This document shows, one piece after another, positions 40,123-41,297 of a stretch of 41,297 bases of DNA (positions are counted from its first letter, which is position 1; each line of letters starts with the position of its first letter). A program made the position numbers and the translations under genes. The notes under the pieces are model-generated. The model was not told the DNA's origin. It saw only the letters and a program-made list of their open reading frames with translations, and made no database searches. The stretch is from Caulobacteraceae bacterium (GTDB lineage: Bacteria; Pseudomonadota; Alphaproteobacteria; Caulobacterales; Caulobacteraceae), in NCBI GenBank assembly GCA_947456005.1, contig CANGRP010000001.1:1-41297 (forward strand). The letters run 5' to 3'.

Positions 40123-41297
40123 ATGCGTAAGTCCAACCACATGAAGGCGCTGCTGATCGCCGGCGCCTCCGCCCTCGCCCTCTCGGGCGCCGCCCAGGCG
40201 GCGGAAGAGACGTCCACCATCGAGGAACTGGTCGTCACCGCCCAGAAGAAGGCGGAGTCCATTCAGGATGTGCCGATCGCGGTGTCCGCCTTCTCACAGG
40301 ACGCCCTGGAGAAGTCCCGCATCGACGGCGGTCCCAACCTGGTTCTCGCCATCCCGAACGTGAACTTCTCCAAGGGGAATTTCAACGGATACAACTTTCA
40401 GATCCGGGGCATTGGCGCCAAGCTGGTGGCCACCTCGGGCGATGCGGCGACCGGCATCCACCTGAACAATGCGCCGCTGATCTCCAATAACCTTTTCGAG
40501 ACCGAGTTCTACGACGTCGAGCGCGTCGAGGTGCTGCGCGGTCCCCAGGGCACCCTGTACGGCCGGAACGCCACCGGCGGCGTCGTGAACCTGATCTCCA
40601 ACAAGCCCTCCGACAGGCTGGAGGGCATGGCGCGCGCGGAATACGGCAACTACAACTCGATCAAGCTGCGCGGCATGATCAACGCCCCCATCAGCGATGC
40701 CTTCGCGGTTCGGCTGGCGGGCGCCTACCTGAAGCGCGACGGCTTTGGCAAGAATACCGTGACCGGGAATGATGCGGACTCCCGCGACATGTACGGCTAC
40801 CGCGCCAGCGTCAGGTTCGAACCCACCGACACCTTCCGGGCCATCGTCGTCTACGACAAGTTCCACGAGGATGACTCCCGCTCGCGGATCGGCAAACAGT
40901 TCTGCTCCAAGGACGTTGGCCCGGCCAGTGTGGGGGGCGTGGCCTTCTCCGCGGTCCCCCTGATCGCCCAATTGCAGCGCGGCCTCTTCAGCCAGGGGTG
41001 CCTCGCGACACCCGTCAACAGCCCGGACATTTTCGGAACTGTGAACACCCAGGCGACCCTCGGCGGCCTGTTCGGCGCCCTGGGGGGTTTCCAGACCGGT
41101 GACGCCTATGCGGGCAAGATTCAGTCGCGGGATGTGCGTGACATCGAGTCCAATTTCGACCCGATCTACAGGGCCGATACAGATATCGTACAACTGCACC
41201 TGGAGTGGGATGTCACGGACAGCCTGCTCCTGACCTCGCTCACCAATCAGTCACGGAACCGTCTTTATAATCGCCAAGACTACAACCGCTATACGCC
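40123..41297 (+). CDS. TonB-dependent receptor, 5' part (runs off window; not in ORF track)
   Basis: [26 protein letters not shown] signal, TonB box [19 protein letters not shown], plug motif [26 protein letters not shown]; RBS AGGAGG. Confidence 0.95.
   Translation, partial: MRKSNHMKALLIAGASALALSGAAQAAEETSTIEELVVTAQKKAESIQDVPIAVSAFSQDALEKSRIDGGPNLVLAIPNVNFSKGNFNGYNFQIRGIGAKLVATSGDAATGIHLNNAPLISNNLFETEFYDVERVEVLRGPQGTLYGRNATGGVVNLISNKPSDRLEGMARAEYGNYNSIKLRGMINAPISDAFAVRLAGAYLKRDGFGKNTVTGNDADSRDMYGYRASVRFEPTDTFRAIVVYDKFHEDDSRSRIGKQFCSKDVGPASVGGVAFSAVPLIAQLQRGLFSQGCLATPVNSPDIFGTVNTQATLGGLFGALGGFQTGDAYAGKIQSRDVRDIESNFDPIYRADTDIVQLHLEWDVTDSLLLTSLTNQSRNRLYNRQDYNRYT

Noticed and set aside
40294-41199. 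301-aa minus-strand ORF
   Set aside because: Antisense to the TonB-dependent receptor

Overview
High-GC alphaproteobacterial chromosome. Gene content (PdeA orthologue with GEDEF and C-terminal RG; cox-thrC-M16-rimJ synteny) points to Caulobacteraceae, probably Phenylobacterium-like; this is inference. Most of the window is core genome: ycaQ-like glycosylase/ppk2, rsmE, gshA, POT transporter, tldD, a complete aa3-type cytochrome c oxidase cluster, thrC, M16 peptidase, RimJ-like GNAT, pdeA, algH-like, peroxiredoxin, amidohydrolase, acyl-CoA synthetase, uvrC-pgsA, Lrp, LhgO-like oxidoreductase, pdxH operon, aroC, queCED and the 5' part of a TonB-dependent receptor. The most interesting part is about 33.7-38.0 kb, an apparent zinc-starvation islet with two Zur-type palindromes. 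It holds a COG0523 GTPase translationally coupled to a degenerate Zur-like winged-helix ORF lacking CxxC motifs, and a second Zur-boxed promoter driving an unknown 71-aa protein plus an iron-type alcohol dehydrogenase. Divergently lie a MerC-domain protein and an exported Mn-type SOD. Other oddities: QueD with Tyr at the usual catalytic-Cys position, a CIR/RIME-like palindromic element, and operator-like repeats upstream of the TonB receptor. No rRNA, tRNA, CRISPR or transposase was recognised. All calls are by eye, with no database searches.
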